Positions 9,286-17,944 of a stretch of DNA of 64,000 bases are shown here, in pieces. Source of the stretch: a bacterium. GTDB lineage: Bacteria > Verrucomicrobiota > Kiritimatiellia > CAIKKV01 > CAITUY01. The first letter of the stretch is position 1; each line of letters starts with the position of its first letter. The notes under the pieces were generated by a model, which saw nothing but the letters and a program-made list of their open reading frames with translations, was not told the origin of the DNA and made no database searches. A program made the position numbers and the translations under genes. The stretch lies in contig JBAXDB010000001.1 of the NCBI GenBank assembly GCA_037141135.1, positions 9,191 to 73,190 of the forward strand, in the 5' to 3' direction.

Positions 9286-10875
9286 TTACTTGGTATGGGG
9301 TTCGCGCCAGGGGCCGCGATACTCGTAGGCAAAGTAGACTCGGCCGTAAAAACGGGATCGCTCAATCTGCTGAAAGTAAAGCGCCTTCTCCCAAACCCAC
9401 TTATCGTTATCGAGCAGGATGGCGGGGCGGCCCAGCAACTGCGGATTACCCAGATCCGTGTCTGGAAAGTAATCGTAAGAGGATTCCCGTCCCCCCATAT
9501 AACTGTCGGCGCTGCAAACCTGGGGGTGGTTTTTGACATAGAAGGCCAGCAAGGCGGCCCGCCCATAGGTTGATGCGATATAGAACGGCTCCTGACCTGT
9601 GTCCTTTTTCAGTTCTGCGGCGGCGCATTCGACGCTCTTTACAATTTCCTTGAATCCCGTGACACGCTTTAGCATGGGCTGGGTGCTGATTTTGATTCCT
9701 AGAATTTTGGTCCCATTGATGGCGGCTATGGGATATTTGCCCAATGCGATAAACAGGAGGCTGACGAGCCCGATCCCAACGGTCCATCGCCAGAGCTTAC
9801 GGGTGACGGCATCACTGGCGTGATGTGCGGCCAGATAGCTGGCCAGGGGAATAAGGAAAACAGTAAAACCAGCCGCCGGCCAGTTCAGTTTGACGTCGGT
9901 GCGTGATGAAATCAGCAGGTAGAAGGTCAGGATGGGGATGGCGGTGTGCAGGGCGTAAGACATGATGTCCCGGGCGTTCGATGGGGTGTTTTGCGGCTTG
10001 AAGGCTTCGCGCATGGCCCGGAACAGCAGGAATGCCGCCGGGGGAGCCAGAATGGCCAGTGGATAGATGAAGTAGGAGAGCGTCCAGAGCGGGTTGTATG
10101 GCCAGCCGCTATGGGCGGGGGCATCGCCACCGGGCAGCCGGGTGGCACCTATCAGATGGGCCAGAGTGGGCCAGTCTCTCTGAACATTCCAGATGTATAT
10201 GGGCATGGAGAAAAGAATGATGCCGGTGAGAACCGCGACTAGGGCGGGGAGTCGCTGCTTCCAGGATTGAACCACATGGCGGAAGAGGTATAACAGGATG
10301 CCGGGCAATACCAGCAGAATGGTGTATTTGCACAGCATGCCCACTCCAATCATTGAGCCCAGCAGGAAGAACGCGGCAGTGGATGAGGTTTGTTTTTGCT
10401 TCATGTGCCACCCCGTGAAGGCGGCGGTGATCCAACAGACATAGTAGGGACCGGCAGTGGTCATGAATTGGGCGGTTCCCTGGAAGACCGGGATCAGATT
10501 GAACAGGAGAAAGGCAAACCAGCCCGCCCTCATGTTCCCGCCGGAGGCGGACATGGCAAAGCGCGATAATATCAGGCTGGCGGCGAATGAGGCCAAAGCG
10601 GCGGGGAGCCGAACCGCCCACTCTGTGATGCCGAAAAAGTGGACGCTGGCGGCGATCAGCCAGGCGACCACCGGGCCCTTGCTGTAATAGGACCAATCAA
10701 GGCGTCGGGACCAGTCCCAGTACTGGGCTTCATCGGGGACCAGATCGTAGGGACAGACCCAGATCAGGTAGGCGATACGAATGGCCAGAATGGCCAGGGC
10801 GGCGAGCAAAATGCCCGCCCAACCCTTAGCCATTCGCGAGAATGGGTGGTCCAATAACGACATGGACGCAAACAT
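9286..10875 (-). CDS. GT-C glycosyltransferase, ArnT/PMT family (GT83/GT39-like)
   Basis: It has a DEAQYW aspartate motif in the first periplasmic loop and a KGP..AW motif. A multi-TM N-terminal domain is followed by a soluble C-terminal domain, at 529 aa. Confidence 0.75.
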   Translation of the reverse strand: MFASMSLLDHPFSRMAKGWAGILLAALAILAIRIAYLIWVCPYDLVPDEAQYWDWSRRLDWSYYSKGPVVAWLIAASVHFFGITEWAVRLPAALASFAASLILSRFAMSASGGNMRAGWFAFLLFNLIPVFQGTAQFMTTAGPYYVCWITAAFTGWHMKQKQTSSTAAFFLLGSMIGVGMLCKYTILLVLPGILLYLFRHVVQSWKQRLPALVAVLTGIILFSMPIYIWNVQRDWPTLAHLIGATRLPGGDAPAHSGWPYNPLWTLSYFIYPLAILAPPAAFLLFRAMREAFKPQNTPSNARDIMSYALHTAIPILTFYLLISSRTDVKLNWPAAGFTVFLIPLASYLAAHHASDAVTRKLWRWTVGIGLVSLLFIALGKYPIAAINGTKILGIKISTQPMLKRVTGFKEIVKSVECAAAELKKDTGQEPFYIASTYGRAALLAFYVKNHPQVCSADSYMGGRESSYDYFPDTDLGNPQLLGRPAILLDNDKWVWEKALYFQQIERSRFYGRVYFAYEYRGPWREPHTK

Positions 10876-10911
10876 TAATGCGGTTATTGAGGAGCGTCAA
10901 CCCTGACCTTT

Positions 10912-12672
10912 TCACACCTCATGGTGCGCGTAGTGCGTATGCAGAAGCTCATGAGAGAGATGACTCAGCGGTTTTTCAAGGAACTCCTTGTAGAGCGCCT
11001 TGATCGCCGGGTTCTCGTGTGATTTGCGCAGGGGCATGTCGATGTCTTCCACATAAAGGGACTTTGCCCGCGCCTCGCGTTTTTCGCGGTCCGGCAGCAC
11101 GGGTTGACCGCCGCCGCCAATGCAGCCGCCCGGACAGGTCATCACTTCAATAAATGCATATTCTGATTTCCCGGCAGCGATCTCGTCCAGCAGGACCCTT
11201 GCATTTTTAAGTGTATGCGCCACTGCGACCTTCAGGGTTGTTCCCCCCACATCCAGTGCGGCATGTTTGATGCCCTCAAGCCCGCGTACCGCCGTAAGGT
11301 TGATATTGGGCAGAGGCTGGCCTGTGGCCACTTCATATGCTGTGCGGACGGCAGCTTCCATGACGCCACCGGTGGTGCCGAAAATAACTGCGGCGCCCGT
11401 GGATTGACCCAGGGGATCGTCAAAGGACTCCTCCTCGAGGTGGGAAAAATCCAAACCCACGTTCTTGATCATGCGGGCCAGTTCCCGGGTGGTCAGAACG
11501 TAATCCACATCAAAGTAGGGCTCCACGCCTTTCTGCCCCTTCTGCTTCCACCATTTCCAGGCGGACTGCATTTCAGGACGGTGTGCTTCGAATTTTTTTG
11601 CGGTGCAGGGCATGATGGACACCACCACCATGTTGGCCGGGTCGATGCCGACTTTTTCGGCGTAGTAACTCTTGGCCAGGGCGCCGAACATCTGTTGGGG
11701 CGACTTGCACGACGAAAGGTGCTTGAGCAGTTTCGGGTAGAACGTTTCAATAAACGAGATCCACCCCGGCGAACAACTGGTGATCATGGGCAGGGTCCCG
11801 CCCGTGGTCAGCCGTTGCAGAAGTTCTGTTCCCTCCTCCATGATGGTGAGATCGGCCGAGAACTGGGTGTCGAACACGCGGTTGAAGCCCAGTTTCCGCA
11901 AGGCCGCCACCATTTTGCCAGTCACCAGCGCGCCCATTTCCATGCCCATGGCTTCGCCAATGGAGGCCCGGATGGCCGGAGCGGTCTGGACCACCACGAT
12001 TTTCGAGGGATCCCGCAGGGCTTTGAACACCTCGTCGGTTTCGTCGTTTTCCACAATGGCCGCCGTGGGGCAGACCACCGTGCATTGACCGCAGTTTGTG
12101 CAGACGGAATGTTTCAGTCCCTGATCCATGAAGGTCCCGATATGCGTCCGGATGCCTCGGCCGGCGAAATCAATGGCCGCCACACTTTGCACCTCTTTGC
12201 ACACGGCCACACAGCGGCCGCAGAGGATGCACTTGTTGTTGTCCCGGGTGATGGACGGGCTGGTTCCGTCCAGAGCCACCGTTTTTTTGGTGGCCGGGAA
12301 ACGGGCCTGCCGTACGTTCAGGCGCTCCGCCATGGACTGGAGTTCGCAAGAGCCGTTCCGGATGCAGGAGAGGCAATCCATGGGATGGTTTGCCAGCAGC
12401 AGTTCAACGGCCGTTTTGCGGGCCGCCAGCACGCGGGTGGAGGCCGTCTTCACGTCCATGTTCGGGGTGACCTTGGTGACGCAGGAGCGCGTCAGACTTC
12501 TTCCGCCCTTGACTTCCACCACGCATACCCCGCATGAGGCGTTGTCCGCCACATCGCGCAGGTAACATAGTGTGGGCAGATTGATGCCGGCCGACCGGCA
12601 CGCATCGAGAATAGTGGTTCCGGATTCAACATCCACGCGAACTCCGTCAATTGTCATTGAGATTGTTGCCAT
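10912..12672 (-). CDS. hydA: [FeFe]-hydrogenase catalytic subunit (HydA/HndD, M3 architecture: 2Fe-2S, 3x 4Fe-4S, H-cluster domain)
   Basis: It is strongly CpI-like: MPCTAKKFE (L2), EVMTCPGGCIGGGGQP (L3), and L1 reading TSCSPGW. There is an N-terminal 2Fe-2S ferredoxin domain and ferredoxin-type Cys motifs. The start is at the ATG at 12672, preceded by a GGAGG RBS. Confidence 0.9.
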   Translation of the reverse strand: MATISMTIDGVRVDVESGTTILDACRSAGINLPTLCYLRDVADNASCGVCVVEVKGGRSLTRSCVTKVTPNMDVKTASTRVLAARKTAVELLLANHPMDCLSCIRNGSCELQSMAERLNVRQARFPATKKTVALDGTSPSITRDNNKCILCGRCVAVCKEVQSVAAIDFAGRGIRTHIGTFMDQGLKHSVCTNCGQCTVVCPTAAIVENDETDEVFKALRDPSKIVVVQTAPAIRASIGEAMGMEMGALVTGKMVAALRKLGFNRVFDTQFSADLTIMEEGTELLQRLTTGGTLPMITSCSPGWISFIETFYPKLLKHLSSCKSPQQMFGALAKSYYAEKVGIDPANMVVVSIMPCTAKKFEAHRPEMQSAWKWWKQKGQKGVEPYFDVDYVLTTRELARMIKNVGLDFSHLEEESFDDPLGQSTGAAVIFGTTGGVMEAAVRTAYEVATGQPLPNINLTAVRGLEGIKHAALDVGGTTLKVAVAHTLKNARVLLDEIAAGKSEYAFIEVMTCPGGCIGGGGQPVLPDREKREARAKSLYVEDIDMPLRKSHENPAIKALYKEFLEKPLSHLSHELLHTHYAHHEV

Positions 12673-12691
12673 TTTAAAATCCTCCAATTTG

Positions 12692-15600
12692 TTACCAGGG
12701 AACACGAGCATTATCACGAACATCACAACGCAAACACCGCAGTGACTCACTGCGGGCCTGCTGGCCCGAATAGCCCTGCATAATTTCCGTGAAGTTGCCG
12801 CACCGCTCCTTGACCGGAATATCGCGCACCGTTACCTTCGCGCATTTTTTCGGATTTAAAGGAACCTCCATGCCATAGTCGAATTTGCGGAACAACTTAC
12901 TGAACCGGTCTTCGCCGGTCAGTTGCTTGTCGATCGCCTGTGCGGCCCGTTTGGCAAGTCCCATCGCCTCGCTGGCCGTGGCGGGGCCCGTCACCGCATC
13001 ACCCACCGCATAAATATTCGGCGCGGTAGTCTTCAGGGTGAAATTGTCGATGCGCACCGTTCCATTGCGGGCGCACTCGATGCCGTCCCTGGGCAGATCC
13101 TTTGAGCCTACCCGTTCCCCGATGGCCAGGAGAACCGCATCGCAGGGGATTTCAATGGTTTGCCCGGTGGGGATCGGGGTGGGGCGTCCGCTTTTATCCA
13201 ACGTTCCCGGCTTCATTTGCTGGAATCGCACCGCCCGGACCCGGCCCTTGGCATCGCCCAGGAAGGCTTCGGGGGCCATCATATACATGAAGCGAACGCC
13301 CTCGTCTTCGGCACCATCCAGTTCCGTCGCATTGGCGGGCATATCGCTGCGTCCGCGCCGGTAGGTCACCGTCACATCCGAGCCGAGCCTCCACAAGGTT
13401 CTGGCAGCATCAATGGCGACATTCCCGCCGCCAATGATCAGGGTTTTCTTGCCAGGCACGCCGGTCTTTTGCATGTTGAACGCTTCCAGGAAGTGGTAGC
13501 CGGGATAGACGCCCTTGAGTTCTTCGCCGGGCAGGCCGATCTTCTGGTCTTCCTGCGCTCCGATGGCGATGATGACGGCGTCATTCTGTTTGGCCAGCGT
13601 TTTGAGCGGGATATCCTTGCCCACACGCGTTTCGAACACGAAACGGACCCCGAGTTTTTTTATAAAGTCAACTTCCTTGTCCATCACCTCACGCGGCAGC
13701 CGGTAGGCGGGGATTCCGTAGCGCATGATTCCGCCCGCCTTTTTATGTTCGTCATAGATCGACACGCTATGGCCGAGCCGCGCCAAGTAGAAGGCGGCCG
13801 TAAGGCCGGCCGGGCCGGCGCCCACAATGGCGATTTTCCTGCCGGTGGCCGGTTGCTTTTCATCAATGAGCTTCTTGTAGATCGCCTTTTCCTTGCCCAT
13901 TTTGTACATCGTATCGGCCAGATAGCGGTGGATCTCGTTTTGAGCCACCGCCTGATCCAGATCCTCGCGGCGACACCGCATCTGGCAGTGGAAGTGACAG
14001 ACGCGACCAATGCTGCCGGGGAACGGATTGTCACGCAGGGTAAGCTCGAAGGCGTCCTCGATGCGCCCTTCCTTGAGCAAGGTGAGGTAGCCCGGGATAT
14101 TCATATGCAGAGGACAGGAGTTTTCGCAAAGGGCCAGGTACAGGCTTTCGCAGGCACCCGACGAACACCGCCGTTCGCGGATATGCTCCAGATATTCATC
14201 CTTGAAATATTTGAGTGTCGTCAGCACCGGGTTGGCGGCGGTCTGGCCCAGGCCGCACAATGAGGAATCGCGGATGACCTGTGCGAGTGCTTCAAGCTCG
14301 GCGATGTCCTTTTCCGTGCCTTTTCCGTTTGAAATGGACGTCAGAAGGCGCAGGGACTGGGACAACCCCTCGCGGCATGAGGTACACTTGCCGCAGGATT
14401 CAGCGGCAGTGAACCCGACAAAGTAACGGGCCACATCCACCATGCAGTTGTCCTGATCCATGACCACCATACCCCCGGAGCCCATGATCGCACCCAGGGC
14501 GGCGAGCGAATCGTAGTCGACCGGAGTCTTGAAATGTTCCACAGGGATACAGCCGCCTGAGGGTCCGCCGGTTTGCACCGCCTTGATCTTCTTGTTGAAG
14601 GAACCGGTTCCTTCGCCCATGCCGTAAACGATGGTCTCGATGGGCGTTCCGAGCGGCAATTCCACCAGGCCGGTGTTTTTTACCTTGCCCACGAGGGAAA
14701 AGACCTTGGTGCCCGCGCTTTGCGCCGTTCCGATCCCGTTGAACCACCCGGAACCCGCCGAAAGGATAGCGGGAACATTGCACAGGGTCTCCACATTATT
14801 GATGTTTGTTGGTGAATTGTTATAGCCACGCTCGGCCGGGTAGGGGGGGCGTGGCAAGGGGCGCCCTGCCTTGCTTTCCGCCGAGGCAATCAAGGCGGTT
14901 TCTTCGCCGCATACAAACGCGCCGGCGCCCTGGATGATCTCGATATCGAAACTGAAGCCCGAGCCCAGGATGTTCTTGCCCAGCAACCCGCGACTGCGTG
15001 CCGCCTGGATTGCCTTATTCAGGCGTTCGACGGCAAGGGGATATTCGGCCCGGATATACACGATACCCGACGGCGTCCCCATGGCATAGGCGCCGATGGC
15101 CATGCCTTCAATCAGCATGTGCGGATCGCTTTCAATTTCGTTCCGGTTCATGTAGGCGCCGGGATCACCCTCGTCGGCATTACAGATGATGAATTTGCCG
15201 GGTGAGGTCTGGGCCTGCATCATTTCCCACTTGCGGCCGGTCGGAAATCCCGCGCCCCCGCGGCCGCGCAGCTTGGAGTCCTTGACGGTTTCAATGACCT
15301 GCGTCGGGGTCATTTTCAGCAACGCCTTTGCTAAGGGGGCATAGCCGCCGACGGCGATATAGTCTTCGATCGATTCGGGATCAATCAGGCCGCAATCCCG
15401 GAGAACGATTTTTTTCTGGCCTTTGAAAAAGGGGATCTCATTCCATGCCGGCGTCTCAGGGTAGCCGGTTCCGAACGATACCTTGCCGGTCACAAAGTCC
15501 CAGGCTTCGATCTTGGCGCGGGCGTTCTTAGACAATGTTTCAGCGGCCTGGGAGTTGGTGGCCGCTTTCAACACCTCGGCGCATTGTTTGACCTGGAACT

Positions 15601-15865
15601 TGCTGAACAGCAGGATGGGCTTGCCGGGGAGATACAGCATGACTAGGGGTTCCTCGGCACAGAAGCCGAAGCAACCGGTGCGTTTCAGTGCGACCGGTGC
15701 TTTCATTTTTTTGATCATGGTACCGAACGCCTCAAACACTTTATCGGCGTCGTTGCCAATACCGCAGGTGCCCAGTCCGACGCTGATCATCGGCTTATGC
15801 GGGGCTACGGAGGCCAGGGCGGTTTGGCGCAGTAAATCAAGATCGTGCAGGCTTTGGATGATCAT
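12692..15865 (-). CDS. hndC: hydrogenase flavoprotein subunit: NuoF-like (HndC) fused to a GltD/NfnB-like NAD(P)H-FAD oxidoreductase domain
   Basis: An N-terminal thioredoxin-like 2Fe-2S domain is followed by the NuoF core (GRGGAGFPTG, ESCGKCTSCREG). A Cys-rich linker follows (CSSGACESLYLALCENSCP), then IAIVGAGPAGLTAA and TLIIGGGNVAIDAA Rossmann folds typical of GltD/NfnB. The protein is 1057 aa. Confidence 0.85.
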   Translation of the reverse strand: MIIQSLHDLDLLRQTALASVAPHKPMISVGLGTCGIGNDADKVFEAFGTMIKKMKAPVALKRTGCFGFCAEEPLVMLYLPGKPILLFSKFQVKQCAEVLKAATNSQAAETLSKNARAKIEAWDFVTGKVSFGTGYPETPAWNEIPFFKGQKKIVLRDCGLIDPESIEDYIAVGGYAPLAKALLKMTPTQVIETVKDSKLRGRGGAGFPTGRKWEMMQAQTSPGKFIICNADEGDPGAYMNRNEIESDPHMLIEGMAIGAYAMGTPSGIVYIRAEYPLAVERLNKAIQAARSRGLLGKNILGSGFSFDIEIIQGAGAFVCGEETALIASAESKAGRPLPRPPYPAERGYNNSPTNINNVETLCNVPAILSAGSGWFNGIGTAQSAGTKVFSLVGKVKNTGLVELPLGTPIETIVYGMGEGTGSFNKKIKAVQTGGPSGGCIPVEHFKTPVDYDSLAALGAIMGSGGMVVMDQDNCMVDVARYFVGFTAAESCGKCTSCREGLSQSLRLLTSISNGKGTEKDIAELEALAQVIRDSSLCGLGQTAANPVLTTLKYFKDEYLEHIRERRCSSGACESLYLALCENSCPLHMNIPGYLTLLKEGRIEDAFELTLRDNPFPGSIGRVCHFHCQMRCRREDLDQAVAQNEIHRYLADTMYKMGKEKAIYKKLIDEKQPATGRKIAIVGAGPAGLTAAFYLARLGHSVSIYDEHKKAGGIMRYGIPAYRLPREVMDKEVDFIKKLGVRFVFETRVGKDIPLKTLAKQNDAVIIAIGAQEDQKIGLPGEELKGVYPGYHFLEAFNMQKTGVPGKKTLIIGGGNVAIDAARTLWRLGSDVTVTYRRGRSDMPANATELDGAEDEGVRFMYMMAPEAFLGDAKGRVRAVRFQQMKPGTLDKSGRPTPIPTGQTIEIPCDAVLLAIGERVGSKDLPRDGIECARNGTVRIDNFTLKTTAPNIYAVGDAVTGPATASEAMGLAKRAAQAIDKQLTGEDRFSKLFRKFDYGMEVPLNPKKCAKVTVRDIPVKERCGNFTEIMQGYSGQQARSESLRCLRCDVRDNARVPW

Positions 15866-16377
15866 CGGCGTTCCTCCTTTTGAAGTTTTTCAATGAGCCC
15901 GAGCAATTTGCCAGGGGTGATATGCGAGTGAATGATGCCGTCAATCGCCACCACAGGCGCAAGGGCACACTGTCCGAAGCAGGCGACCGTCCGCACCGTA
16001 AAGATTTTGTCAGGGGTGGTGAACGAGGCTTCCTCATCTTCCTCAAAGTCGCTGAATCCCAATTTTGCGGCCGCCTCCATGAGGAGGGTGCGTGAGCCGC
16101 GGGTGTGGCAGGCGGTGCCCCTGCAAACCACGATCGTGTGTTTGCCCTGTGGCTTAAGGTTGAAGAACGAATAAAAAGTGGCCACCGAATAAACCTGAGA
16201 CATCGGTATGCCCGCTTTTTTTGCGACCTCCTTGAGCGTGTCCTCGCTTAAGTGGTTATGCGCGTCGTTGACTTGAAGCTCCTCGAGAATACTGAGCAGG
16301 CTGCCAGGCTTCCCCTGATATTTATGGATCGCCGATTCAAGCGCAGGAGTTCTCTTCTTTTCTGGTTTTTTCTTCAT
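15862..16377 (-). CDS. hndA: NuoE-like 2Fe-2S thioredoxin-like hydrogenase subunit (HndA/HydC)
   Basis: VCRGTACHTRGS...VACFGQCALAP is the NuoE/24 kDa 2Fe-2S motif. It overlaps hndC by 4 nt. Confidence 0.85.
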   Translation of the reverse strand: MKKKPEKKRTPALESAIHKYQGKPGSLLSILEELQVNDAHNHLSEDTLKEVAKKAGIPMSQVYSVATFYSFFNLKPQGKHTIVVCRGTACHTRGSRTLLMEAAAKLGFSDFEEDEEASFTTPDKIFTVRTVACFGQCALAPVVAIDGIIHSHITPGKLLGLIEKLQKEERR

Positions 16378-16389
16378 ACTTTCCCCTTT

Positions 16390-16405
16390 TTGTCGATGTG
16401 GACAA
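16390..16405. promoter_or_regulatory. palindrome TTGTCGATGTGGACAA 13-28 nt upstream of the hndA start, in the AT-rich divergent hyd promoter region
   Basis: It is a perfect 5-bp inverted repeat (TTGTC/GACAA) with a 6-nt spacer. It sits in the 161-bp AT-rich region between divergent hndA and hydG. The TTGT...ACAA ends resemble Rex-type half-sites but the spacing is shorter. Confidence 0.3.
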
Positions 16406-16538
16406 ATCTACGAAAGTTAGGACATTATCAGGAAATATATTTGACATCAATCCGTAACGTTAAATATTTAACTATTTTTAATTTGATCTCGATGAATGTT
16501 TCCCATGATAATGTAGCCGCAAAAAGTCAGGAAAATAT

Positions 16539-17942
16539 ATGGACGATATACAGATGGGGAAGAGTATAATTTGCGAAGCTGACATCGAGCGGCAGTTACT
16601 CGCGGGGCAGGGTGAGGATGCTGGTAGGATCCGTGAGATACTGGCCAAGGCGGCTCTGGCCCAGGGGTTGACAGATGCGGAAGTGGCGGTTCTGATGGAG
16701 ATCCGGAGCCCTGCGTTGGCCCACGAGTTGTTTCAGACTGCCAGTCAGGTCAAGGACATCATTTACGGCAAGCGGCTGGTTATTTTTGCCCCGCTCTACA
16801 TTTCGAACCTGTGCGGTAACGAATGTCTTTACTGCGCGTTCCGGGCGCGCAACACGGCTATCAAACGCCGCGCGCTCACGCAGGAGGAGATTGCCCACGA
16901 GGTGAAAGCCCTGGTGGAGCAGGGCCACAAACGCTTGTTGGTGGTGGCTGGCGAATCTTATCCGCGGGAGGGGTTCGACTATGTGCTCAAGGCCATCGAA
17001 ACCGTCTACAGTGTCAAGTCCGGCCGCGGCGAGATCCGTCGCGTTAACGCGAACGTGGCGCCCCTCACGATCGATGAATTCAAGCAACTCAAAGCCGCCA
17101 AGATCGGCACTTACCAGCTTTTCCAGGAGACGTATCACAGGGCCACCTACAGCCGGATGCACGTGGCGGGCCGCAAGAAGGATTTCGACTGGCGCGTGAC
17201 GGGGATTGATCGTGCCATGACGGCGGGCATCAATGATGTGGGGATCGGCGTGCTGCTTGGTCTCTGCGACTGGAAGTTCGAGGTTATGGCCCTGCTCCAG
17301 CACATCCATCATCTGGAAAAGGAATTCGGGGTGGGGCCCCACACGATCAGTGTGCCGCGTTTGGAGCCTGCCACTGGATCGGATGTTTCGATTCAGCCGC
17401 CGAGCCCGGTGACCGATGACGATTTCCGCAAGATTGTCGCCATTCTCCGCCTGGCCGTTCCCTATACGGGCATCATCATGTCCACCCGCGAAAACGCGCA
17501 GATGCGGCGCGAAGGGTTTGATCTGGGCATCTCGCAGATCTCAGCGGGCAGCCGCACGGATCCGGGCGGCTATTCGACGGATAGCTCCGGCGAAGTAAAC
17601 GGTCAGTTCTCATTGGGTGACCACCGCTCCCTCGATGAGGTGATTGCAGATGTGGCCGCGCTGGGCTACATTCCATCTTTCTGCACCGGGTGTTACCGGC
17701 TTGGGCGAACCGGCGCGGATTTCATGGACATGGCCAAACCCGGTGAGATCAAGTCGCATTGCGGCCCCAACGCGGTCTCGACCTTTGCCGAATACCTGCT
17801 GGACTATGCTTCGCCCGTTACCCGCGAGGCCGGGTTCCAGTTGATCGATAAGGTTATCGGTGATATGACCGGCGTGGCGAAAGAACGGTCCGAACGCCTC
17901 CTGAAGCAAGTCAAGGAAGGGAAGCGGGACGTTTACTGCTAA
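16539..17942 (+). CDS. hydG: [FeFe]-hydrogenase maturase HydG (radical SAM tyrosine lyase)
   Basis: The ThiH-like radical SAM motif CGNECLYCAF is present, with the C-terminal auxiliary-cluster motif CTGCYRLGRTG...HCGPN. Confidence 0.9.
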   Translation: MDDIQMGKSIICEADIERQLLAGQGEDAGRIREILAKAALAQGLTDAEVAVLMEIRSPALAHELFQTASQVKDIIYGKRLVIFAPLYISNLCGNECLYCAFRARNTAIKRRALTQEEIAHEVKALVEQGHKRLLVVAGESYPREGFDYVLKAIETVYSVKSGRGEIRRVNANVAPLTIDEFKQLKAAKIGTYQLFQETYHRATYSRMHVAGRKKDFDWRVTGIDRAMTAGINDVGIGVLLGLCDWKFEVMALLQHIHHLEKEFGVGPHTISVPRLEPATGSDVSIQPPSPVTDDDFRKIVAILRLAVPYTGIIMSTRENAQMRREGFDLGISQISAGSRTDPGGYSTDSSGEVNGQFSLGDHRSLDEVIADVAALGYIPSFCTGCYRLGRTGADFMDMAKPGEIKSHCGPNAVSTFAEYLLDYASPVTREAGFQLIDKVIGDMTGVAKERSERLLKQVKEGKRDVYC

Positions 17943-17944
17943 TA

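Noticed and set aside
11215-12537. 440-aa plus-strand ORF
   Set aside because: It is antisense to hydA, whose translation has strong CpI-like homology.
13160-14263. 367-aa plus-strand ORF
   Set aside because: It is antisense to the hndC NuoF-GltD fusion gene, so it is a shadow ORF.
16390-16405. Possible Rex operator
   Set aside because: TTGTC-N6-GACAA shares only the terminal TTGT/ACAA with the Rex consensus TTGTGAA-N4-TTCACAA and is 2 bp shorter. It is kept as a generic palindrome and not called as Rex.
16596-17342. 248-aa minus-strand ORF
   Set aside because: It is antisense to hydG.
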